A stretch of 59,774 bases of DNA, counting the filler, from Bipalium vagum (lineage: Eukaryota): NCBI GenBank assembly GCA_037834085.1. It is 3 parts of 3 records of this genome, joined end to end, with 100 filler letters (N's around TTAATTAATTAA, not from the genome) between each part and the next. Parts side by side here need not be neighbours in the genome. Positions count along the whole stretch, not along the records: positions 38,591 to 59,774 come from JBBMKC010241075.1; 2 more parts are not named here. One strand, written 5' to 3'. Position 1 is the first letter of the stretch; every line of letters starts with the position of its first letter. This document shows, in pieces, positions 41,776 through 55,430 of this stretch. The position numbers and the translations under genes were made by a program. The notes beneath the pieces were generated by a model. The model was not told the DNA's origin, did not search any database, and saw only the letters and a list, made by a program, of their open reading frames with translations.

Positions 41776-42958
41776 CAGGGTGTTTATTATGTATGTTAAT
41801 ATACTTTCATTTTAAATATTTTAACAAACAATAAAGATATAAAGTAGGTAATACTTTTTTATTTGAATAACATATATTTAAGACATATACAATACGTACT
41901 CGCTGGTACAAACATGGCTGATTTTATCCTTTAGCTCAGCGATTGTATGAGGTCTGTTTCTGTACACTTTTTTATAGATATTCCCACTAGAAGAAGTCTG
42001 GCGGAGTTAGATCAGGCGAACGAAGAGGCTTCTCAATTGAACCTAGTCTTCCAATCCAGCGACTTGAGAACTTTTTGTGTTGTGAGCTCCTGACTTTTTG
42101 CGAATATTGCGCAGGTACCCCATCGTGTTGTAAGTACTTACGACCTCTTGTTATTCTAGGCCAAAAAAACTTTTCCAGCATCTCCAGGTATGACTCACCA
42201 GTTACCGTATATTCGAAGAAGTATAGCCCAATGATACTTTGTGGACTTAAACCACACCACATCGTTATACCAACCCTGGAGATTCTAACATGAATTGTTT
42301 TTTTTTGGTTAGAGTGGACCCAAAATCAGCCATTGTGGCGGTAACAACTCCATTGAGCATGAACTTATATTATCTGACCATATTATTTTGTTGACCAACG
42401 AAGAGTCATTTTGGAATTGTACCAACATTGTATGACAAAATTCCATTCTTCGGTCAAAGTCGTCATCGCTGATCTCAATTACGGTTCACGGCTTAAATGA
42501 ATGAAAGCCTGGTTCATTAATTGCCTTGTAATAATTGCTTACAGTCATGTCAAGCTCCCTAGCACCTTGCCGAACTGACAAATTGCTAGATTCTTCAACC
42601 AATTTTTCATTCTTTGAATTGTTTTCGTTGTTAATACGGAACGAGGTCGGCCGGATTTTACTTCGCCATGAACACTTCCAGTCTTTTTAAACTTTTCCAC
42701 TATTTTTTAATTGTTTGCCTACTTGGTGGTGGAGTGATAAACTTGTTTTTCCAATGCCTAATTATTTCTTCAAAATTATCTAATTTGGAATTCCATACAA
42801 CAATTTGAATTCTTTCTTCCATCGAAAAACGCAGTCATTTTATTTTAAAATTAACTAAATGAATTATTAAACTTTTAATTCATATAAACAAATTACCTTT
42901 ATTTTTTTAACTTGTAATTTAAAAATAAAGTATGTTAACATACATAATAAACACCCCG
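41776..42958 (-). mobile_element. Full-length but inactivated DD41D (rosa/Visitor-type) Tc1/mariner element
   Basis: TIRs of about 35 bp (C(A/G)GGGTGTTTATTATGTATGTTAA). N-terminus reads FSMEERIQIVVW...PPSRQTI...KFKKTGSV...SGRPRSV. Catalytic region reads WCGLS...IIGLYFF...QHDG...RWIGR...RSPDLTPPDFF, with 41 residues between D2 and D3. Frameshifts and stops present. Confidence 0.92.
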
Positions 42959-43589
42959 TTTAATATAAATATACTTATACTTATTTTTTATTACCATAAC
43001 ACAAAATAAATTTAAAAATGATATTAATATTAATTGAAGTTAATAAAACTTTCTCCAGAAATTATATTTATCTAAATTGTTGTCTACTAGATAAGAGGAT
43101 AAATATTAGGAAAATAATTAATTTAATGTCTTCTTTTTTAAACTGTAGTCTTATTTTGTGATAAGTACAATTACACCTATTTCATTAATCAAATCTTTAC
43201 GTGGAATTAGGATTTTTGAAACTCTTTCATAATTTTTCATAACGATAATAATATATTATTATTAAAGATAAAACTATTTTTTTTTACTCAAAAAAATAAT
43301 TTTAACTCAACTTATTTGTCATTTAATTTATGAAACTATTCATTTATAATTTATTTATATATTTTACAAAAATATTTTTAAATTATTTTAATGTTGAGAA
43401 ATTATTTAGCCATTATCAAAGTAAAAATCGCAAAAAGTAAAATTTAAAAATAACTGAAAATAATATCGATAATTTCACTTAATTTTTATTTTTATGCCAA
43501 TATATAATATTTAACAATTATCAAAAAGAAAATTTATCAAAAAATCAAAATTTTATAATTATTTACTTAATGGCTTTAATGGGTTGATA

Positions 43590-44316
43590 GGTATCTGGAG
43601 AATAGAAAAGGATGTGGAGAGGCCCAGCGCTCTTCCAAAAATCACTACAAACTTGATTGCACAATGACAGCCCATAATTTTTACAATTTGATGACTACTT
43701 AAATTATGCCAGCAATTTCTGAAAAAATGCAGTGGTGTCCGAATGTTACTATCCAAATGGATAATGCTCGCTCTCATGTGGGAAAGAAAAATATTGAAAA
43801 TTTCAATGAATTCAGGGAAAATATTGTTCTATGTATTACCGTCATAAATCAACCGGCGAAGTCTTCAGATTTAAATGTCAACGACATTGGCTTCTTCACT
43901 TCCCTCAATAAACGATTTCATAGAAATAATTGTAAAACTCTTGATGAATTGTGGCTGTCATTACAACAGACATTTTGTCAAATAGGTCTGAAATGTTGAA
44001 ATCTCTCTTTTTCACTAAATTTAATTGACATAATGGTAAATGCATCAATGATCCTTTGTTTCAAGTCTTGAAAAATTGTTGTGATTAAACTATCTGCCTA
44101 ATATAGCCCATCAAAAAAAATTTCAGAACTCGCTCTTCAACGGTATATCTCTAACTGTCCGACAATCGATGCATAAATTAAAATAAAATTAATTATATTA
44201 CAATTTTAAATATTTCATGCCAACATGCACTTGACAACAGCTTAGCAAAACAAAACTAAAGATTCAAAGATTTATTACACTTTAAAGTGATAAAGCTGCT
44301 TAATTGACACCCTGTA
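43590..44316 (+). mobile_element. DD39D-like (plant-mariner/Guest type) transposase 3' fragment
   Basis: IQMDNARSH...VINQPAKSSDLNVNDIGFFTSL (cf. IQQDNARPH...QPPNSPDLNVLDLGFF); probable terminus TAATTGACACCCTG+TA at 44301-44316. Confidence 0.75.
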
Positions 44317-44649
44317 CATTGGGAATTAATGTATTCACATTTATTGTTAGACTTTTTCTTGGCTCTTCATTCAAGTCAAACCTAAGCAATTGGAATTTTT
44401 GAGACCCTTGTTCACATATATTTTCTTATTTCCAAAAAACACGTTTTTCTCTTTGGTGAGAATATGTAATAATCAGTTATGTTATTTCTCTGAATTTTAA
44501 TTTTATTATTATTAATATTATTAATTTGGTAAAGATTACTATACCTATTTTTAATGAGTTGAGATCGGTATTTTATTTCGTAAATATTTTTCCATATAAT
44601 TGAATCTAATACAATGCGGATAATCAAATAGTGAGCAAAAAGTTTACAA

Positions 44650-45000
44650 TTAAAAACTAAATCTTTTACAAATATTTTTAGATGGTCCTTAATAAAGTTT
44701 GACATCAAATTGTTTCTTCATGTTATACTTGATCAGCCAAACACGATAATTAAACCTAGTGATCATGTCTAAAATGTCTAAACATATTGTGATCTATTGA
44801 TTTTTATTGATCACCAGAATATCACCATTGTAATATAATCCTGCTTATTACTAAGTAATTTTATATCCCTGTTGAACATTTTCATATTGATCTATTATCA
44901 AGATCGATCTCTTTTATCAGAGATTTCATCTTCTCTTTCATACAACTTTATATATATATATCAAAATTTCCACCAACACATATTGGTGGGAGACTCCTTT
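44650..45000 (-). mobile_element. Possible Gypsy RT remnant
   Basis: Decayed IDLDN, FQQG and YNGDILVI in the order expected for KIDL / FQR / YxDDILI. Confidence 0.3.
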
Positions 45001-48000
45001 TCACTTTAATCTCCTTGAAATGTTATTATGAAAATAATATGATAATAAAAATAATCATATGAAATCATTGTTAATCATTCATTGAAATATTTTCGTATAA
45101 AATGTGAATTCTGTTTTAGAAGGATCTATTAAATTAATATTATTTTCTAAATAAAATTCGATTTATCGATTATATGGTTGATTGGAGCTGGACATGAATG
45201 AATGAACTGATGGAATTCTGGCTAAGTGATAACAGAGTAAACATGCGTTGATTCTCCCATTGAGTTATAAATAATTTCCTATATGGGGAAATTCCTTATT
45301 AATAATTCAGGGACAAGTGAAATAATCGAAAGATTGTTGAAAATTATTTATTTATTATAGTAAATAATAGATTGCTTTATAGAAGTAAGTCGGTTGTCTA
45401 AAAAATTCCAAAATCTCTTATGGAAACGTTCTACGAAGACAGATTAATCTTGTAAGACAGAAGAACCATCACAGAAATGTAGAACAGGAAGCAAAAGTAA
45501 ATTACATTGGCAATTATGAAAGAGAGACGTTCTAACAAGATAATCAATTTAGAATTTTCTAAAAAGGAACTGAAAAAACAATTAGTTCCTCTTATTATTA
45601 GATCACAACATAAAAATAATATTTTTTAAAATTCTCCATTAAAAAAATGTATTTAGTTTTCCAAATTCTTTTACGGTTTGGAGTATAGTTTTCATGAATA
45701 CAGCCTTTTCACCTAATTTTCTTTTTTTTCTAAATATTGACATTTCATTTTAAAAATTTGTCAATGAATTTTATAACTTTTATAAATATATTTAAAATGA
45801 AATAATTTAAGATAAAATTAGGATAGAGTTTAAGGGTGCAAAATAAAATTAGCCGTCGTTAGTGTGAATCGTGTCAACACATCTGGGAAGAGAGGAGAAG
45901 ATATTTTTATAGAATCCCGAAAGGTGTTCCTTAGTAATGTTGGTAGAGCTTGTTTCGATTAATTAAATAAGCTGTTCTTTGTTCTTTGGCCTACCAATCC
46001 TATTGAAAAAAATCCATTAGGAAAACATATTCTCGATAAGGTTTTATAAAGAAGAATAAAGCGGAGAAAGATGATTTGAAAGGTCAAAGAGATCCTTGAT
46101 CGATTTGTGTTTGTGAAAAATATTTATAATGAATACTTGAAATTTGGAAAAGAACAAAGCTTTAAGAAAAAATAATAGTGGGTGTTTTTTCAGAATTTCA
46201 ACCAGAATTTCAACAACATTTTATGAACACAGAAATTTATAATATAACTTTATAAATATATATAGTCATATTTTATTTATTATTTAATTATGATATAGTT
46301 AGACTTTTCATTTATATATATTTCTTACTGTTCTGTTGTCCAGAAATTCGAAAATTTTTTCCTATAAAACAATTTTAAAAAAATAAAAATTATTTGTTTA
46401 TCAATTAAAAATATTTATAAAATATAATGAATAATATGTAGATAATTTAAATTCGTCCACTGCCATGTTGTGGAATTAACAAAAATGTTTAAAATGAAAT
46501 ATTTTTGTTTTTTGAAGAAAAAATTAAATAAATATCGAAAAAAGCTAAAATGAAAAAGATAAATAAAAGTTTTAAATTTTATTTTTTGAGATATTTTTTA
46601 ATATATTTTTTTATGTTTATGTCATATATTTAAAAAACAAGACTGTAAACATATTTATATAAATAAATAAAACATAAATTCCACATTTTCGAATATATTT
46701 GAGACCATAATTACTTCTTGCATTATGTTTTTTTTATGAAACTTTAACAATTTTAACTATTTCCTTTAAATTTTAGAGACACTCGCAATTATAAAAAGAC
46801 GTATGAAGAGTATTTGTTAATAATTAATAAATTATTTATTATTAAAGGATGGAGAAATATGTGTACATATATAATAATGTGATTGTTCTCATCGATGCCT
46901 CTTTGAGCTTGAAACACAATGACGATTTATTGTTAAATAATTATAAATTATTTCGAAACAGTACTGTAAAAAAAATGTTATATTTTGTAAATAAATAATA
47001 AAAAAAATTACATTTTCTTTAAATAACTTGAAAATAAAGAAATGTTAATAGAAAATCTATTTTTTGACAAGTTTTTCCTTTCGGTAGACTGAATGCTGAT
47101 TTTTTATTTAATAAAATTTGCTTTAGATCAAAAAATTAAAAAAAAATTAAAATATATGTTAAGCAATTTTCTTTACATTTTATATTTTTATTTTTAAAAT
47201 TTTAGCGAAAAAATAATGTTTATTCTTTTTTTTTTAATAATCATCTATATCTAATCTTGAATTTATTTTTTCGTTACATTATATAAGGGTTTTGTAGTCA
47301 CGATCGATATTGTCCTCTAAGATCAATCGATTAGAAATTTAGCTTCCAATTTCCATCCTGTAATATTAGCTGCTAATGGTGGAAACAGGAAAATGTCGGT
47401 AGCAAAATTTGATAAATTAATAAATGATATTAAGATACTAATAATAATTATTTTATCATTATTATTTTATTATACTATTATTATCCATTCCATTAATTTT
47501 ACTTTTATTATTCGTTTTATCATATTTTTAATTTTATTATAATTATATTATTTTTATAATTTATATTATTAATTAATTTTATTAATAGTATATTATTATT
47601 GTTATTGTTTCAGGAACTAATATTTTCCCAAGAAAAATAGAAATAAAATTCCGAACTACATTACGTTTAACTTAACATTTTAATAATATAATAATAGGTA
47701 TAAGATAAATAGAAAAGTAAAATTAGAAAAAAAGGAGTTTCAAGAATATATTTCTAAGAGATATTAAGTCAGACTCATCCATAATTGTGATTAGAGTAGA
47801 TGATAAGCTTATCGGAGATTATATTCAATAAAACGAAAACTTTATTTCTTCTATAAAAAAATTTATCTTTGCAATAATTTTTTCAACCATGGTCAATGAA
47901 GAAATAGTCAACATTTTCCAGTTTTGTTTCATAACTGATCTCTATCAAACAAATATATAACGTCAATAACTTCTTGTCCATGATATAATTAAGGTGTATA

Positions 48001-49364
48001 TACAACACGTCTTCTCTCTTTCCTGGTTCACTATAAATTCAAAAATAAGATGAAGATAATAATAAAAATTTAAAATCGGAACTATCTTACCAGTTTTGAT
48101 CCTGAGTTGTTTCTGGATCGAAAACACTTACTTATCATTTGTTGTCGACCGACTTTTTTTTGTCCGACAGTTTTTTATGACAATAATAAGACAAAACCTG
48201 TTTGGAATTTTGTTGAAACCAGTCGGGCTCAAATATTTTCACAATACCTAAAATACTTTCTCAACTATCGGACACAAATATTTATAATAAATTAGAAATA
48301 TTAATATAAAATTTTAAATCAATTTTTCTAAAACCCAGTTTCTGTGACTCCACAATTTTGAGTGCTACATTTACAGCCCTCTCTGGCCAATAGAAACACA
48401 AGATATCAGAATTAGAAGTTAATCATAAAAATAATCAGTGGTTCTTTCAGGAGAATACCTTTATCTATCTGGTAGAAACAAAATTGATTAAAAGCAATCC
48501 TTAATGAAAGCACAACAAGGACATAATTGATTAAAATATGATTGTCAAAAAATCAATTTTTAATATCTATAGCCCTATTTGAGAGTGAAAGTAAAAAATT
48601 CTTTGTTTTTTATTATTAATATTTTATTTTATATTATTAATATTTAGTAATGTTATTATTAATTTATATTATTGATAAAATTGTTTTGGTTCTTCTTATT
48701 ATTATAAGGATTCAAAATTCATCAAACATAATAAAAACAAAAAAAGAATTGAAACAAAAGATCAAAAACATGATATGACTTTTAGTTACATTTTGAAAAC
48801 AACCCCAATAAAATTGTCTCACTTAAATCGAATCTATTTTGACATATTTACAATATTATTTATTTATTTTTTTCTGAAATGGCGATTATTTGAAAATATT
48901 GATTATGTTCTTAGCATAATAAGTTGGCAAAACTGGTTGCATTATTATACGTATAGTTCATCAATGATTTTTGGCACACGATTTTATTATAACTCCGAGA
49001 GGAAATATATAACTATATAAAGATAATTAGAGAAAGTGGTCTTAAAACCTGACAGTTCGTGCAATTTGTATTGGTACTATATAATTTTATTACAAATTTT
49101 GGTTATTAAAATATATATTTCCTTAATGTTTATGTCATCTACGCCTATTTGTTCATTTTCATTTTTATGTGACATTTTTCAGTTAAAATTTTATCTTAAA
49201 TTACTTTTATAATTTTGCCTTATTTCCAAAACTGTTTTGATTTATATTTTTTATATAATTATGATTATGATAATTAAAGTGAGTTTATTGGATGCTGCTG
49301 AATCTAATAGATCAAAATTTAGAGTAAAATGGATTAAGCAGTATTTTATTAGTTGGTTTAAATA

Positions 49365-49740
49365 TATTAGGCTGTTCAAAAATTGAAAGTCATTTTATGT
49401 CATAGTCCTTTATTAGACTTTATTTTAACAATTTATCTTTTGCTTTGCAGTATTCATCATATATCATTTTAAACCGCACATTTCAATCTACATTTGTTTT
49501 AATTTGACAATAATTATTTATGCTAAATAATTATGTGTTTACTTTATGTGTTTAATAATTATAGAACTTACAGTGGAAAAGAGGCAGTTACGTGCAATGT
49601 TCTTAAATGAATTTAAACTGAACCATAAAGGAGCTGAAGCCGCTCGTATCATCAACATTGCATTCGGAGAAGGAAAAATGAAAAAATTCTGGCTTAATTT
49701 CTCGATGAAGATGATCAAGGTCTTTGGTGAAAAATATAAC
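49365..49740 (+). mobile_element. Mariner 5' fragment (TIR + HTH)
   Basis: TATTAGGCTGTTC terminus; VEKRQLRAMFLNEFKLNHKGAEAARIINIAFGEG is a typical mariner N-terminal HTH. Confidence 0.8.
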
Positions 49741-49974
49741 TGAAATGAACATGATTTCAGAAAGATAAATATTTTCGTTATTTATTATAAGCAGGTGTTT
49801 ATAAATTTGACAGAAGTATCTTATAATTTTCTGAAAGAAGAGGATAAAAATCCGATAGCATTTTTACTTAGAAAATTACGAAAACCATATCTGATGCTGA
49901 GGTCTTTTCCGTAGTCTACAAAGCCTCAAAGTGATATATTTTTGATAAACTGTACTTTTAAGGAAATTATTTTA

Positions 49975-51060
49975 TATTAGGTTAACATTTTTTTTAAAGA
50001 TTTTGCAAAAAATATTTTTAAGCAATAAAGCATTTTATTTATAAAAAATAATAAAAAATCAATCCATAATGTAATTTCCGTTATTATTTAGGACCTTTTC
50101 CCATTTTTCACTCAGTTTTTCAAAATCTTTATACCAAAAATCCCTAGATCTACTCAGGAAGAAATTGACCAGTCTTCTTCTCAAAACTGATGTCTTTCAT
50201 TTGGTTGGAGTGCAAATGCAAAAGGTAAAAAATTTTGGTATAAAGCTTTTGAAATAGAGAGGGTATTGAAGAACTTTCAAATCGAGTTCATGGAAGCTGG
50301 TTTTGACGATATTTGCTTTTTATAATTTAGAGTTGCCATGGAGAATAACTTCGGTTCATTCATTTTATATTTTCTTTTTCATAATGTTGTTTACTCAACA
50401 CAATGATTTTTGTCTGTCGACTTTTTGATTTTTCTGTATCTTTGTTCAGTTTATGAAACAGGATTAATTCCACCAAAAAAGGATCATATTTTCTTGGATG
50501 AAAATCTTGTTTAATTCTGGCCGCTGGCGTCAGAGGAGAAGTTAAATGGTCTTTCCAGTATTTTAAGTTGTATACAAACAATATCTCTCATCTCCTGTGA
50601 TGATTTGATGAAGAAACCTTTTTCTGCGACAATGTGATGCTCACTATTTGGTAGGATTTTGAACAAAAATTTTTAAACGATATCCTTAGATTGCTTCATT
50701 CAGCCGATGTAGCACACAAGCACCCAGTGTTTGACTATACTCTTTTATTATAATTACTGCTAGCGGAAAACTATAATGGGATTGATGGTTATGAGACAAA
50801 TCTCTGCATGTTTCATGGCTTTCCTCTTTCTTCGTCAAAATTGAATGGTCCACTTAAAAATGAAATGCCAAGAAGATTGAACATACCATTTTTGAATTTC
50901 TCGTAACCAATATTTCGAAGTCCAGTTCAAAAATTTTTTTCGTATACATAGGAAATGCCTTTGGCTGCTTCTGCAACTTTCTGACCTCGATTAAAATAAA
51001 ATAGTAATTAGAAGGGAAATATTTCTGCTAATCAACTTGGCATTGTATTTCGAAGCAATA
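49975..51060 (-). mobile_element. Near full-length degenerate mariner
   Basis: In order on the minus strand: LLFYFNRGQKVAEAAK, FLHQIITGDERYCLY, IKQDFHPRK, LLHGNSK, LKVLQYPLY and EKWEKVLNNNGNYIMD*, then TIR ...GTTAACCTAATA. Confidence 0.75.
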
Positions 51061-51065
51061 AATTG

Positions 51066-51720
51066 ATTAGGTGTAAGAAATCATAACACATTTAGTTTGA
51101 AAACAGTATTACATTTTAATGAACAATATTTCCCATAGTTAGTTGCAACATTGCACAAATATCCAGAAATTTATGAATATCTCGAAAAAAAAAATTTTCT
51201 TCTTTGGATGAAATCAATTCCTCCAGCCATTTTTTTATGTCTGCATGAACGCGTTCATCACGGAATCCATTTACCATCGTCCTAAACAAGAAGTAATTAG
51301 ATGAACTCATATCTGGAGAATATGGCGGATAAGGCAAGATCCAATCACTTCTAACGATTTTTCTAAAAAATTGAGATCGAGCATTGTTGTGAAACAAAAT
51401 AATTTTACCTTGTCTCTCAATCCATTCTGTTTGTTTTTGCTTCAGAAATATATATTCAATTTCAGCAATTGCCGTGCATAACGATCATAGTTTACTGTTT
51501 CATTGTGTTTTAATATCTCGAAGAATACCACCCTATTCTGGTCCCACTAGAGTCATCGTGAAGCTTTCTATTCATTAATATTACTCTTTGCAATAGAAGT
51601 TACTAGTCTTCTTTGATAAACTTACGATCTTACTGTTATCAAGGTAAATCAATTTTCGTCGCCTGTAATTTTTCTATGTTAAAACGACTTTCTTTGATAA
51701 TTGCAAATGGCATGTTGAGA
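51066..51720 (-). mobile_element. Mariner 3' half
   Basis: ITGDEN...VILFHNNARSQ...ILPYPPYSPDMSSSNYFLFRTM; terminus near 51067. Confidence 0.8.
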
Positions 51721-53829
51721 AACATTTAACTACATTACTAGTTGTTTATATATTTGAGTATTATCCTCTACCAAAATGACTTCCAATTCTGAGTTTTCAA
51801 TTTTTCGATTGACTTTGATGTTCTTCATCGTTCGTCGTTAAAATCGCCTTTTCTAAATGGCTTGAATCTTTTGAAAGTGTCTTGAGAAAGAGTAAGATAA
51901 CTATATGCTTCCAAAATTAGACGATGAATTTCAGCTGGAGTTTTCTTTGGAATTTCGCAAATGCCCTTGTGTTGGCTCATATATTGTTACGTTTAATTGC
52001 TAAAAATATGAAATTGGCACCTCCAAGTCATTCAAACTTTTACCTTGTATTCTCATTACTTTTCAAGCTAACCTTGACGTTCATAATGCCTCGAAGAAAT
52101 AGAAAGCACGAATTCTTTTATTTTGTTCTTTGGTCATAATGATTCAGGATGATATGAGAGCAGTTATTCTTTGATTAATTTAAGAATGTATAAAATTACA
52201 AATTTGCATCTTATCAACCTGTGGTCTCATAATAATTATTAGTGAGTTTTAAATGTGAGCCAACTTTTAGTAAAGACTTATTTCATCTTACTTCATTTCT
52301 TTTGTCTAAATATCTTTTTCAGAGAACATTGATTATTGCGTTTATTTTCCACAGAAGTCAAAATATTAATTGTCCTAAAATATTTCATAATGAAAGTTAT
52401 GACAGCTTAATTAAAGGAATCACGAAAGAATATATAGACATTATCTTTAATGAATGTGGTGGTTATCTTGGTTTGGTTAAAATATAAGACTGGAGGTAGC
52501 TCTACATTCACTAAGCTGGTAAAAATTGACATGTTATGTTATGATTTATTCTGTTACATCAAATATTGATATACTGTTGAGATATATCAGTATTATGGAA
52601 TACATGAGAGTTTAATGAGTTTTATCATAAGAAATAAAAATTAGAAGGCTATAAATAATTTTAAAATATAATTATAAAAATAAAATTGTAAAAAGATTAT
52701 TTTCAATTTCCTTGCCAATAATTGGTCAAATATTATTTTAATAGATAGTCTTAAATGTTTTGCACGGTAAGTCTTTAATACTACGAAAATAATCTCTAAG
52801 GTCATCGATGTATTTCAATACCTTATCTTTTTTTCTTTACTATCATCAATATCCTGTTATCATTTTATTAAACTTTTCTAAAAAGATTTTATCAGAGATA
52901 TCTTTAAAAATTTATAAATAAAATAATTGTAATATATCTAAAAACTTTTAATGATTACCGTGTTTTCCCTATTAGAAACCCTTTGCTTGAATTGCAAAAC
53001 TTTTGAAATTTGGTTTAATGGCTTATATTCGGAGAGTGGCTTATAATGGAAGAAGAAACACGATAATTTTAATGTAAGATCATAAAATTTTGAAAGGACC
53101 AGTTGCAGGAAAATTGTTTCATATTTATTTTGAACTGTACATTCTCAACGAAATTTCATTCATGAATTAAAATTCATATTTACACTCATCACATAATATA
53201 ATAATTAAATAATAAATATAATACATTTACATAATATCTCCAACTCCAAAATATATTTTTTAATTAAAAGGTATGGTATAAATGCAAATTGTAGAAAATA
53301 TAATATAATTTAGAGAAATAAATGACTTGAATATCTTCATAAAATTAATTATAAATATTGTTGTGACTTATATTATTTTCAACGTCTTTGGGCGACTTAA
53401 ATAGAATAAATTTTAAGGTAAAATTTTAATTAAATTTATTATGCTTATTTATGTATCACTTTTTCACAACCCTGTTCTACAAGTACTTCACACCTGACAT
53501 TTTTAGCTTAAAATAATTGATAGCAACAATTTCTTCACTGAAGAAGGCAAAATAATAAATTATCGGAAATAACGTAGACAGTTTACATTAGGCTCCCCTA
53601 ACGTGTTTTAATTAAAAAAAACACCGGTGATGCACGAATAATTTTATTTTAGTGAATCAAAATGAAAATTAATAATAAAATAGAGATTTGTGCAAATAAA
53701 TATTTTAATAAAAGTAAAGGAGAGTAGCAAAAGGTATTAAAGATTCATAAATAGAATTAAATTTAGAAAATTTTTCACTTTTTTATTTATTTATAAATTT
53801 ATTTTATTACAATTTTCAAAATTAAAAGC

Positions 53830-54912
53830 ATAAAAGACAATTATGACTACCAAAAATGTTTACCTTCTGCAGAGCGGAAGTAGTACAGGTTCGTAAAGTT
53901 CAACAATTGGTTACTCTTTATCAAGAAGTAAATTTGATATTAAAAGATAATTCACGTTCTATGTATAAGATAATATTCTGGTTCAAAATTCTTAATGGAT
54001 CCTTAGAGAAATTGCAGAAAATTTTAGGTATATTATACAACCATTGGCATGAATACTTTCACCATCGGATGATAATAAGTAATGAAAAATGAATTCTATA
54101 CAGTAATATGGAGCATAAATGAACTCAATTTTTAAAGCTTACGTTTAATATTTAATATTAATTACTGAAGTACCGCATGATTTGACGCCAAGTCAAGTTG
54201 AACGCCGTTTGTCGATCTGTCATTAATTATTAAATAATACAAATGATCAACGATTTATACGTCGCATAATCACGTGCGACGAAAAATGGATATATTTTTA
54301 TAATCCGAACAAAAGAAATCAATGATTGAAACCAGGCCAGAAACCCAAGGCTGTTTTAAAAAAAGATAAGTTCGGAAAAAATATCATATTGTGCGTGTGG
54401 TGGAACTTTGAGGGGATTATACACTTCGAAGTACTTCCAGATGGTCAAACTCTTAATGCTGAGTTATATTCTGCTCAACTCGATCTGATGTACCACCAAT
54501 TAGCCATAAAATATCATGCTTTAGTCAACAGAAAGCGGGTGCTTCTGCAACAGGATAATGCTCTTCCGCATACTGCGCGAGTAACGCAAAATAAAATCAC
54601 CCAATTAGAATTGAAATTTTACCACATCCTGCATTCAGTCCAGATCTAGCATCCAGCGATTAACACCTTTACCGATCAATGACTCATTTCCTTAGAATAC
54701 GACAGTTTGAGTATATATAACAGGTTTAAAATGGATGTCTTTTTTTTTCCTTTCCAAAGGTAAAGTATAAAAAACAACTTTCCCATCGTTGGATTAAGAT
54801 AATAATGGTCTTTATTTTTCTGAATAAAATTTGTTTGATTACCAGATTCTTATATCTAAAACATGCATAACATTTTCATTAGAAACGCACAAAATTATGA
54901 ATCAACACAATA
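53830..54912 (+). mobile_element. Degenerate mariner (DD34D), possibly two adjoining fragments
   Basis: VPHDLTPSQVERRLSIC...IITCDEKWIYFYNP...IILCVWWNFEGIIHFEVLPDGQTLNAELYSAQL...LLQQDNALPHTA...HPAFSPDLASSD; TIR at 54882-54912. Confidence 0.9.
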
Positions 54913-54949
54913 CATATAGCTACATCATTTTTAAAACTATTATTTAAGA

Positions 54950-55230
54950 TTCATTTCGTTGGTGGGAACTGATCTGAAGTCTTAAGTTGCTGTCTCTTAC
55001 TTTTCCGAAGATTTCTGACAAACAAACAAATGATGTTTCATTAGTTAATTGTCTTATAACCTTCTATACTCAAAGTTTTGAAATGTCCATTTTTCTGAAA
55101 AGAAGGACTCCATTTGTTTAGAAATGCTTCCACGAACGACTTTTTTGACTTTGACTCATCTTGGAAGACTCATCCAGAAGACAACCATTTACATATCCAA
55201 GGTTCACCACTTATTGTAAACTGCTTTTAA
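54950..55230 (-). mobile_element. Mariner internal fragment
   Basis: VFQDE...KVVRGSISKQM..FFRKNGH...CLSEIFGKVR resembles mariner VFQDEPNPTKVVR...SKQMVACFFGKTGH. Confidence 0.55.
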
Positions 55231-55369
55231 TGCACTGAATTTTTTATTTACAATTTATCATTATTTATTTTATTAAAAATGGTACAGAAAATAAGTTTGA
55301 AATGAATTAAGTTAATGAATGTCATTTCAAATAATATAATGATAGAGTTGTTTGCATTCAATAACTATG

Positions 55370-55394
55370 AATAATATAATAATAATAATAATTA

Positions 55395-55425
<31 letters not shown>

Positions 55426-55430
55426 TTTCA
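55370..55430. repeat. (AAT)n/(ATT)n/(ATTT)n compound microsatellite
   Basis: Seen directly. Confidence 0.8.
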
